DNA of 64,000 nucleotides from Vicugna vicugna (lineage: Eukaryota), in NCBI GenBank assembly GCA_013265495.1, contig MU057398.1, positions 744,001-808,000 of the forward strand. Reading direction: 5' to 3'. Both the position numbers and the translations under genes were made by a program. Of this stretch, positions 51,501 through 61,980 are shown one piece after another. The notes under the pieces were generated by a model. The model made no database searches. It was not told where the DNA came from and was given only the letters and a program-made list of their open reading frames with translations. How positions within the stretch are numbered: position 1 is the stretch's first letter; the number at the start of each line of letters is the position of its first letter.

Positions 51501-54500
51501 GGTGTAAGATAGGGGTCCAGTGTCATTTTTAAATATGTGACTATCCAGTTTTTCCTGTACCACTTGTTGAAGAGACTTTTTTCTGCATTGAGGATTCTCG
51601 GCTCCCTCATCAAATATTAGTTTACTATACTTACATGGGTTTATTTCTGCTTTGTGGATTTTCTGATTAATGATATCACAGATGAATTCAAACAAGTGAA
51701 AGAACACCGAAATGCTTATGGAGTCACCAGGGGAACTTCCCCAAGTACCCTAGTGCTCCGTTGATAGAAAAGGGCTAATCTGTGAGGTCTTGCTCTCTGC
51801 AGGAAGAGAAGTTGTGAGTGTACTGAATTAAAGCATTCTTAAAGGCTGTGAGCTTGGGGAGCAGTGGCCCAGTACCCCTTTCCCTTGGCTGGATTCTTCC
51901 AGGGCTGGGAGAATAATTGCTGCTTCCAGTTTGAGGAGACCATATGCTGAAAGGCCTCCCCATGTGCTGTGTTCCTAGTGAGTCATTTGCCTGTGAGAAA
52001 TGACCTGTGCTGTGTCTGTCTTTCAGCCACCCCACATCGTGCAGCAGTGCTGCTGAGATCATGTCTGTGCTGTTCTTCCACATCATGAGATATAAACAGA
52101 TGGATCCGGAGAACCCAGACAATGACCGATTGATTCTCTCCAAGGTAGGCTGGCATGGGAGCCCATGCCCTGCTCAGGCACTCGCTCCTTTAACTCATTT
52201 TAAAAGCCAACATGTGGCGCAACAGGGCCTGAAAAGGAGTCTGTTTATCCTTTTGGTTGTTCCTTCTTTGTCTCATGTCTTTATCTGTTAAGGCTGATAG
52301 AATAAAATACCACACACTAGGTGGCTTATAAATAAGAGAAATTTATTTCTCACAGTTCTGGAGGCTAGAAGTCTAAGATCAAAGCACCAGTATGTTCGTG
52401 TTCTGGTGAGAGCCCTCTTTCTGCTTGCACACTTCTCACTGTATTCTCATGTGGCAGAAGGAGAAATGGTTTCTCTTTTATAAAGGCACTAACCTCACTC
52501 TTGAGGGTTCCACTCTAGTGACCTAATCACCACCCAGAGATCTCACTCCCTAGTATCATCACCTTAGGCGTTAGGTTTTCAACATAATGGATTTTGGGGG
52601 GACACAAACATTCAGACTTTGGCACCTCCTAAAGATCTGAAAGGTGAGGATCTAGTGGTGGGAAGGGTGACTTGTGGCTACTGGCAGCCCTTCTTTTCCT
52701 TTGGTGCTGCCCCACCTTACCCCACCTAGCACTAAAGCCCCCCTTGGCAGGGCCATGCTTCCCCCACCCTCAGCCACCTAGGTAGAGGAGGACAACATTA
52801 GCGAATCCAGCTGGCCAAGCTCGAGGAACACTGAGCTTGCTTTAGAGGGACATCCTACCCCTGTCAGCTTTCTCTTCCGTTTCTCAGCAGATCTAACCTG
52901 ACACCAGTAGGGACTTTCTCATTAGATTAGGTATAGTACCGGGGTATCTCATGACATTGGGGGACAGGAAAGAGAAAGAATGTTGAAAGTAAGGTCGATC
53001 TAGAAGAACATGTAGCTTTTTTGATGCTATCTGAAAATTCACTGTGTTTTGAGCAAAACATTTAAAACTTTACTGGTAGAACACCATGTACAAATAGAAA
53101 CCCCAGATCCGGGCAGCAGGAAGTAGTTTAAAGTCAAAGTCAGAGTATGGGCATGGCTGAAATACCTGGAGCCATAGCTCTGACCCTTGTCTTGGTGTCT
53201 AAAGCATAATATCAGATGAGGTTTGGCAAAGGATAAATAAAACACGTGTGTGGGGGGAAGAGAGATGAAACGTTAGTAATAGTTGATGAATCTAGGTAAA
53301 GAGTATATGGACCTTCATTGTACCACTTTTATAGCTTTTCTGTAAACTTGAATTTCCTTTGTAGTGAAAACAGAGTAAGTGTGGGTGTGCAAACACAGTA
53401 TGAGTGTTTAGATCTCTAGTTTAAAAAAGGGAAGATGCCTATCATAGAATTGGAATCATCGGCCTTAGAGGGTTAAAGACACTTTCTGGCCTGCAGTAGC
53501 AGGCTGGGCACTATTGGGCTGCTACCATTTGTGTGCTCATCAGATTTAAGCAGCAGATAAAATTGAAAGGAAAGAGAAAACACACAGGAGCACAGTCTGT
53601 CTTCGCTCTGGTTAGGGATGGAGTAAATGGACTCACTAGAGGCAGAGGAGCCAGGGTCTTCCTAATCGGTGCTCTTGTGCCCCTGGGCGTAAGTGTCTAG
53701 TGCAGACAACTACATTAGGAGACCAACTGCTGAGGCCTAGTGGTGTTGCTGACTGAGATGCTTGGGTTTTCTTAGAGCCATCATGGTGCTTTTGGCCCCT
53801 CCAACCACCACCCAGGCCTTTATTTTTGTTTTATTAGCTCTTTTGTTTTCTCTCACTAAGCAGGCCTGGGAAGTAACCAAAAAGCCTTTCTGTACACTTG
53901 TTCTTTAAGAGCACTTTGTGTCAGAACAAAGATGAGAAATACCATCTGGAAGAGATGTCTTTCTTTTCTGGGTGCTTTTGGCATCCTGTATGCATCTTTA
54001 TTCTTGGCCTCACGCCCCCTCAGTTGTGAGTGTCTCCCCCACAGCATAAGGGTTCTTGGGGAAGAGAAGAGAACCCACGTGGGGTGCTTCCACCATGTCA
54101 GACACTGTGCTGACACCCCACCAATCTTCTCAGTCAATCCTGCAGCCTCTTGCTGCCTGAGGGGAGATTTCATCATCATCATACCCATAAAGTGAAGCCT
54201 TGAGGAGGTAGGATTACTCATCCGTCCCCTGCTTTAAAGCTGAGGGGACGTGGAATTTGTCTGATTGTAGAGCCCAGGCCCAGTCCAAGACCACACAAGG
54301 CAACTGGGAGCCAGAGCTTGTTACGGGAGTAAAGTAGGAGCTGCAGGGAGGAAGACCAAGCTAGAGCTGTTGTCAGGAGAGACTTCGGTGGGAAAGCTCT
54401 GTGGGGCTAGAGATGCAAAACAGAAGGAGTCTGTGAGGGCACAGAGCAAGTGGAGAAAGTTCTGGAAGATCAGGAGCCCCAGGAGGAGCAGAGCAGTAGG

Positions 54501-57500
54501 TTGGAGCAAGTAGGAGAGGGATCCGAGGCCAACAAGTACCATTCACCCATCCGTGGTAGTGACAGCATACTGATTTCTGCTTGAATGGAGAAGGGGGCTA
54601 AGAAACAAACTCAGAAATAGCTAGTGTGTCAGATGGGGCTGAGCATCTTAGATCCAAGGGAAGTGGAGGGGTAGGGGTACTAGTTGAAAGATATGGTCCA
54701 GGAAAGCCTTGATGTTGACGTTTCAGCAGAGACTTGGAAGGAGTAAGGTAGGGGGTGAGCTGTGCCCCTATTTAGGCACAAGCACTGAGCACTTGGGGGA
54801 GAGGAAGCTACATGTGTTAATTTAAAGTCCTGAGGCAGGCCCAGTGCATTCAAAGGGCAACAAGGAGGCCAGGGCACCCAGCGCAGTGGAGGAGCGAGTA
54901 AGAGGTGATAGGAGCCTGGAATGGGCAGGTCACTGCAAGAATTTGAGCTCTACTTGGCATTAGATGCAAGACCTTGGACAGTTCTCCACAGTGATTGAGG
55001 AGCGGGCTTAGGTTTTAACATGCTCCACCTGCTGGCTGTGTCAAGAATGACTACAGAGGGAAGCAGGAAGGGCAGTGCAATGACAGGCGAGAGATGTTTG
55101 CAGCCAGGCTGAGACAGTGGCAGCAGAAGCACTGATCAAGTTTGAGATGTTTTTGGAAGCTTGGGAATGGAGCCTTAGTGCAGCAGACCTTTGGCATCTC
55201 CTTGTGGCCTTCAGAAGGCCACACTCTCTCCATGGGACAGTGATAGCTTGTGCATACAAATAGGTTACAGGGGAGAAGTGGTGTGGTAATGGAAAGAGAG
55301 TCATTTCTAGCATTGTCACTTCTAGGTAACTACTTCTAAAATCTCAGTTGACTTGAGTTTTACAAACCAGGGAAATTGAAATCTTCTTTAGTGTTTCTAG
55401 TTTCTGTTTAAGAGCCCATATTCTCCAAAAACATTGAACATCTGGTTTGTATGTAGCTGGATAAAAGGCCTTGTGAAGATGGCAAGGCTCATACTTAATG
55501 TTTTTTTCTGCTTTGCTTTTGGGCTCTGTTTAGGAGAGCTTCCCTCCTCTATGTGTTCTCAAAGCTCCAGCTGCCCTCACCAACTGCATTGATTACCTAT
55601 GGCTCCCCTGTCTTTGTGATGATGATCTCAGACTTGGGGCGCATGTGGGTGTGGTGAAGAGGAATTCACCCTGCAGTGTGGGAGGGGCAGCTCTGAAGAG
55701 CAACCTGTGCTTGGTGCCTGATACTAGGGAGTCGGCCTGTAACTCGTGTCCTGCAGGTGCACCTAGGTTCATTTGGTCCCTTCTTCTACAGAGACTGTCA
55801 TTTGTTGATGTGGCAACCGGATGGCTTGGGCAAGGACTGGGAGCCGCATGTGGAATGGCATATACTGGCAAGTACTTTGACAAGGCGAGGTAAGGCACTT
55901 ACCCAAAAACCACTTAACTATCCCCATCCCACCACCCAGGCATTTTGGCTTTATTTATTGCTTATTAGTTTGGGAAGACAGTGATTTTTTTTAAAAGTTC
56001 AGGTTACCCAATGTTCAAGCAGTAAAGAAATCATGTTTCTGGAAACTGAGCTAGCATCTCTGGTTGGGTTCTAAGTGCTGCCTGCAGTTTAGAAGCTGGT
56101 TTATTAGGACTCCGGTCTTTTCTAGGAGAGACATTTTCCTGTTTCCTTTCTCTCAGTGAGCTTCACTATAGAGTGAACAGATGGTGTGTTTGCCTTTCCA
56201 TTGGGGACCTTACATATTAATAATCAAAGTTCTCTTTTTTAGAGTGGTTTCACCTTTTTGAAGACAGATCAGTACCTTTCTTACAGGGCCATGTGCCCAG
56301 GTGCTGCTGATGTAGGAGTAAGGTCGGGGGCTCCTTGGGGGACTCGGGGTTGGCCACGATGGGATGCATGTTCTACTCCCACGATTCCCCCAGTGTGCCT
56401 GAGTCTGGAGCCCCTCAGTCCCAGGTTCCAGCCCAGGTGGCCCCTATGGAGGCACTTCGTTGTGCTTCCTCCACTGCTTGGGCAGCTGCCCTGCTCCATT
56501 TCCCATTTTCCATCTCTCATTATTGCTTCTGTTAGTACCTATCCTGTGGTTAATCACCTTTTTTTAAACTTCATATATAGCATTTTTGTGGGGTCTGGGT
56601 TGTGTTTTATTGGTATAAAAGTTTCACATTTCTGCTGCGGAGGAGTTTAATATTTACAACAGAACATATGCTCCTGAGGTAGAATGTTTTGATTGTTATG
56701 ATTATTGTAAATAAATTTGTAAGATCAGAAATAGAAGTGAGCAGTGCTTAAAATGGAGCTTAACCAAGAATGTTAACGTTTGGGTGTTTAAGAGAGCTGC
56801 TTTCTCCCCATCCCCTGTTTTTGAGCCCAGAGAAGTGGCAGAAGAACCTAGAAATAGCTTTTACAGCTGGAATGAGAAAACTAGCCAAGGGTGCAGCCCA
56901 TCTCATGAGGCCAAAGGTTTTAAAGCTGCATTTCCTCAGCTGTTGAGTTTGGATAGCGTGGATAGGGAAAATAATCTTAGGATCACCTGCGATGATCTGC
57001 AGTGCCTGCTTCGGTTTCTTTCTTTGTTTCTCTCCATGAAATATATTTGCTCAAGTGGCCCAGAGGGGCCCCAAGCAGGGTCCTAACCTCTCTTTGCTTG
57101 CCCCAGCTACCGCGTGTTCTGCCTCATGAGAGATGGTGAGTCCTCAGAAGGCTCCGTCTGGGAGGCCTTGGCCTTTGCTTCCCACTACAGTCTGGACAAC
57201 CTCGTCGCCATCTTCGACGTGAATCGCCTGGGCCACAGTGGCGGCTTGCCCCTTGAGCACTGCATAGACGTCTATCAGAATCGCTGCGAAGCCTTTGGGT
57301 AACTCCTGTTTTGTGTCGCCTTCTTTCTGCCCCATCCCCCCTTCATCTTGTAACCTGGCCTGCTCCTCGGTTGACAGGTGGAATACTTTCGTGGTGGATG
57401 GCCGTGATGTGGAGGCACTGTGTCAGGTGTTCTGGCAGGCAACTCAAATGAAGAACAAGCCCACTGCTATAGTTGCCAAGACCTTCAAGGGCCGGGGCAT

Positions 57501-60500
57501 TCCAAGTGAGCAAGTGTTTCTTTTCTGCTTGGGGGTGTCAAAAACATCTGTGCACAGCAGATGAGGTGGAAGGAGACTTAGGCTAGGTGGGTAGACACCT
57601 GACTTAGTGCATGATGATTATGCCTGTATTATGTGCTGGACGCTCTTGCTCTCCTTGATACTTAAAGTTAGCAGGTCTGGTTAGGGTCAGAGGGGAAGCC
57701 CAGACCCCCAGCAGGTGAGCATGAGGGACTGGCTAGGAGGATAGCCCATCAGTTAGAGGACTGGCAGGGAGCAATCTCCATAGGAATGCAGAGTGAGAAA
57801 GGGTGCTGCTGTATGCACAAGCAGATGTGTAAATAAGTGTATGCGTGCGCACATGCTTGCTTGTGCCCACACTATCTGGGAGAACACACAGGCAATTAGT
57901 AAAGTGGTGCCTCTGGGAAAGGTAGCTGTGGAACTGAGGGTTGGGGAAGGAGGGGTTTTTGAAAGTGTTAACTTCTTGCAGATTTCAAAGCTGACACCTG
58001 AAGTCTTCATTTCAAGTGTAAATAGTTGGAATGGGTGTGATTCCTGGTGTGTTTTAATGTTGACATTTTAGAATAAAACTATTCTATGATCCTCCCCAGG
58101 ATATGGTCTTACTCTGGTACCCCCAGTTCAGTAAATGGCATCTTGACCAATTTGCTCCTGGCAGAAACCTGGGTAGTGTCCTTGACCCCATCTCTCCGTT
58201 ATATGCCCCCTACACACATACCCAGTGAGCCATCAATTCTACTTGATTCTGTCCCCTAAAGTATAGCTCAGGTCTGTTCACTCCTCTCCATCTCTTGCCC
58301 AAGCCCTGTCATCTCTCCCTCCCTAACTGCAGTCTCCCCAAACCAGCCTCCACATGACTGCCATGTTGATCTTTCTACAGCCTGGATCTCATCAGTCACC
58401 TCCCCAACTTCTAAACCCTTCTGTGGTTTCCCATCTTGTTTTGGACAAAACTCAAACTCATTATACCCACAGGATCCTCCATGGTCTGCTCTGCCTGTCT
58501 CTGTAGCCTCATCTCCCTCCCTTTCCCCTCCATTAACCAGCATATGGGCCATTGGCCCCCCTCAAGGGCCTCTAGCCTTTGTCCAGGCTGTCTCCTGGGC
58601 CTGCAGTGCTATCTCAGGCTCCCTGTGCTAGGTTTTGACTCCTTGACTGACATCTTTTCCATCAGGATGTCTTTCAGATGACCTAACAGGTGCTCATTAA
58701 ATACTCATGGAATGAGTGTCTTACTCATTTGGTTACAGGCGTTGAGGATGCAGAAAATTGGCATGGAAAGCCAATGCCAAAAGAAAGAGCAGATGCAATT
58801 ATCAAACTAATTGAGAGCCAGATACAGACCAATAGGAATCTTGAACCAAAGCCCCCTATTGAAGACTCGCCTCAAATTAACATCACAGATATAGAAATGA
58901 CCTCTCCACCTGCTTACAACATTGGTGACAAGGTAGGCAAACTGCTATTTTCTCTGCTTTTTCTGAATACAGAGGACTCTGTTTACTCCAATCTCCACAA
59001 ATGAACCAATTACTGGATGTTGTGACATTTAAGGTTATAAGCGATAAAGATGGATTTGCCTTCTCTTTTGCTATTTCTGATATTCTTTGATTTCAGACTT
59101 GACTCAGGTCTGAATTTTCTTATCAGTCACTACTTATTAGCATCCAGTGCTGTGTAGCTTTTGCTTGCTTCCTCAGTTCGATTTGTGGTCTGACAGTCCA
59201 CTGTTCATGAAACTGCCATGATTCTGTGCCTATTTTAAGGATGGGGGCGTGGCTGGACTAATCTTTTGGACTTACTCCCTGGATTACACAAGGAAGCACA
59301 CCAATTCATCAAAGACCAATTCTTCAAAAAGGAAACAAATCAGGCACAAAACCCTGAACATAAAGCCTTTTTGTTTTTTGTCAATCATTTTTGTACCCTG
59401 CCTTCTGGTATGTTACAACAGATGCAAAATAGGCAGGGTCTTCACAACATAAGGAAACAAGGTGGCAAGCCTGGGAAGAAGGAAATATTTTTCTGACCCT
59501 TCTTTGTTTTCCTTGTTTATTTGGGGACATTTTGAGTGTTGCTTATGTTTATGTTTTCTTAGCCTGATAATATGGGTTAAAAAGTTAATTGACTACTCGA
59601 GAACTTAAAAGATATGCTAAAAAGCAGAAGAAAGGTATTAATAAGGAAAAAGCACATATTAGCTAAGAGTTCTTGGGCAATATGTGTTAACATTTTAATT
59701 GTTCACACCCTTCAAGCTAGCAGTGCACTCACAAGAATTTATCCCACAGAAATACCTGTGCAAGTAAGTTATATGTTTTATGATTAGGAAAAATTAATTA
59801 AGGAAACATGCTAGTTCATAAAAAGTTAATGAATTAACATGAAGTCACATTAGTACACAAATCTGAGGGGAGGATATAGCTCAGTGATAGAGTGTGTGCC
59901 TAGCATGCACGAGGTTCTGGGATGAGAAAACTATGCTAATTGGTATGAAAATTTGTTTAAAAAAAGGACTTTTTTAAGGAATACATAAAATACCAAAATT
60001 GACTGAAAAAGACACAAAACACTTAAGTAGATCAACAGCCATAGAAAAATTTGAGAAAACTCCAAGAGTTATACCTCCAAAATGCCAGATTCACCAAGTT
60101 ACAAGAGTGACTTATTTTTGGCAATAGGTAACTCCTAGGCTGTTTCAAACCTTCCTGAATATGGAGAAAGCCATTTATGAAGCCAAAATGTTATCAAGCT
60201 AGCTCAAAGGAAAAAACTAGAGACCAGCCTCAGCTATGAATATTAATGTAAAATTGTAAATAAAACATTCACCAGTCTTAACTCCGTTAGTACATTAAAA
60301 GCAGTATATGAATCAGTGAAATACAAATTTGTAATGCAGATCATTCATCAATATTAGAAGGGGGGAAAATTATGGTCATTAACAACAAAAGTCTCAGTCC
60401 TGCCAAGGCAAGGGTAGGCCTGTTGTCATCTGCAGGTGATAGAGTTGTATGTCTGGAAAACCCAAGAGAATCAACTGAAAATAGAAAGGGAGTCCAGAGA

Positions 60501-61980
60501 GCTTGTAGCAAAGCTAATATATAAGGGTTAATTCTTTTCTAATATTAATAAGATGGAGAGATTGTCCGTTTTATAATGGCAATTAAAACTAAAATAACTA
60601 AAAATAAACTTAAATATATAAGATTGTATTAAGATGCTTCTGAAACTCTAGCCCCAAAAGAAGCCTACCTGCGTCATACCTATGAGGTGTTCGCCAGGTG
60701 TTTGTGAGCAGGCCGTTCCTGAAAGGTTGCTACACAAACCTGCTGTTGACTCACCTCTGGGGAGAGGAACTGGGCGGCTGGGAGGCAGGAGAGCAGGAGG
60801 AAGACGGCCTCTTCACTCGATAGCCTTTCATAACTTGACTTTTGTATTTGTCTACATGAATTGCCTGTTTTAAAAAATATGTTTAAGAGTGTTTAGATGA
60901 ATTAAAACAAATAAATGAAAAGGTAAACCTTGTTTTTTTCACAACAGCTTTAATGAGATATAATTCCCTATATAATCTATCATTTGAAGTGTACAGTTCA
61001 ATGGTTTTGAGCATATTCACAGAATTGCACAACCGTCACCACACTCAATCTTGTAACATTTCCATCACCCCAAAGAGAAACCTTCTGCCCATTAGCAGTT
61101 ATGCTACATCCCCAGCCAGCACCTAGTAACTGCTGGTCTACTTTCTGTCTCTGGATTTGCCCATTGTGGACATTTCATATAAATGGGATCATATAATATG
61201 CAAACTTTTGTGTATGGCTTATTTTACTTAGCTTGATGTTCTCGAGGTTCATCCATGTTGTTTATGGATAATACCACATTTTATTTATCCATTCATCTGT
61301 TGAGGGGCATTTGGGTTGTTTCTACTTTTTGGCTGTTGTCAATGCAGTGAACATTTGTATATAACTTTTTTATAGATGTATTTTTCTCTTGAGTATATAC
61401 CTAGGAGTAGAATTGCTGGGTCATATGGTAATTCTGTTTAACATTTTGAGTAAATGCCAAATCTTGTTTTATTATTTGTATCATGATTCTAAAGTTCTAC
61501 ATTTTAATATTTGCAGTGCGTATGATCAGTTTTTTAATTAAAAAGTCACAGACGCATTTGCATTTGGGGAAATTTAAATTTTTAATCCACCACAGGAATG
61601 AGACAGAGGAGTAAGTTTATTTTGGAGAAATTAATACCCCAGTAAGCCAAGTATGTGTTTAAGATTGACTAGCAGTCTTTTTTTATGAACCTAAAGGAGA
61701 TATTGGTGAATCACAAATTTGCTTTCTTCACTCAAATAGTTGACAATTTATAATTCTCCAAAATTTCACCTTCCCTCTAAATCCATTCTCAGAAACTCTA
61801 CTGTTTGATTTCCAGATGGCTACTCGGAAAGCATGTGGTTTGGCTTTGGCTAAGCTGGGCCATGCAAATGATAGAGTCATTGTGCTGGATGGTGACACCA
61901 AGAATTCCACTTTCTCTGAGATATTCAGAAAGGAACATCCTGAGCGTTTCATCGAGTGTTTTATTGCTGAGCAAAACATG
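48385..61980 (+). CDS. TKTL1: Transketolase-like protein 1, 5' part (343 codons; continues beyond window); join(48385..48518,52027..52144,55792..55889,57107..57298,57378..57505,58739..58932,61816..61980)
   Basis: Seven in-frame GT-AG exons. TKTL1 hallmarks: [20 protein letters not shown], i.e. the 38-aa deletion relative to TKT and TGWLG instead of TGSLG. Synteny with TEX28/opsin. Confidence 0.97.
48970..50070 (-). mobile_element. Old L1 ORF2 fragment in TKTL1 intron 1
   Basis: T-rich + strand; TTTTTGGAAGAGTTTGAGGAGGATTG, CTAGCTAAAGGTTTG, GCTATAAATTTCCCTCT. Confidence 0.8.
50270..51660 (-). mobile_element. Lineage-specific LINE-1 3' fragment (3'UTR plus ORF2 pieces, internally deleted)
   Basis: Minus-strand translation [20 protein letters not shown]...[12 protein letters not shown] is typical L1 ORF2 C-terminus; poly-T on + strand. 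Confidence 0.9.
50516..51414. repeat. Tandem duplication of 449 bp (50516-50964 and 50966-51414)
   Basis: No differences seen between copies by eye; ORFs 50517..50843 and 50967..51293 have identical translations, offset by 450. Confidence 0.97.
52027..52144 (+). CDS. TKTL1: TKTL1 exon 2
   Basis: tttcag|; [48 protein letters not shown]. Confidence 0.97.
52290..52625 (-). mobile_element. MLT1A-like solo LTR in TKTL1 intron 2
   Basis: AAATACCACACACTAGGTGGCTTATAAA...CACAGTTCTGGAGGCTAGAAGTCTAAGATC...ACACAAACATTCAGAC. Confidence 0.8.
52751..52862 (+). pseudogene. Pseudo-exon: decayed transketolase exon (GHAAP...GHPTP) in TKTL1 intron 2
   Basis: ttggcag|GGC CAT GCT TCC CCC ACC CTC a GCC ACC TAG GTA GAG...TTA GAG GGA CAT CCT ACC CCT|gtcagc. 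This reads GHASPTL(fs)[29 protein letters not shown]. 112 nt instead of 114; in-frame TAG at 52779-52781. Confidence 0.93.
55792..55889 (+). CDS. TKTL1: TKTL1 exon 3
   Basis: ttctacag|; [40 protein letters not shown]. Confidence 0.97.
57107..57298 (+). CDS. TKTL1: TKTL1 exon 4 (ThDP-binding motif)
   Basis: gccccag|; [44 protein letters not shown]...RCEAF; GG|GTAACT. Confidence 0.97.
57378..57505 (+). CDS. TKTL1: TKTL1 exon 5
   Basis: ttgacag|; [49 protein letters not shown]; preceded by a 79-nt intron. Confidence 0.97.
58090..58717 (+). mobile_element. L2 fragment ending ~20 nt before the TKTL1 exon 6 acceptor
   Basis: Pyrimidine-rich L2-like body; tail ACAGGTGCTCATTAAATACTCATGGAATGAGTG. 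Confidence 0.6.
58739..58932 (+). CDS. TKTL1: TKTL1 exon 6
   Basis: ggttacag|; [29 protein letters not shown]...[18 protein letters not shown]. Confidence 0.97.
59866..59921 (+). mobile_element. 3'-truncated tRNA-derived SINE
   Basis: GGGGAGGATATAGCTCAGTGATAGAGTGTGTGCCTAGCATGCACGAGGTTCTGGG. Confidence 0.8.
60940..61460 (-). mobile_element. L1MB-like 3' end in TKTL1 intron 6
   Basis: GAGATATAATTC...AAGTGTACAGTTCAATGG...ATACCTAGGAGTAGAATTGCTGGGTCATATGGTAA. Confidence 0.8.
61816..61980 (+). CDS. TKTL1: TKTL1 exon 7
   Basis: tttccag|; [64 protein letters not shown]. Confidence 0.97.
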
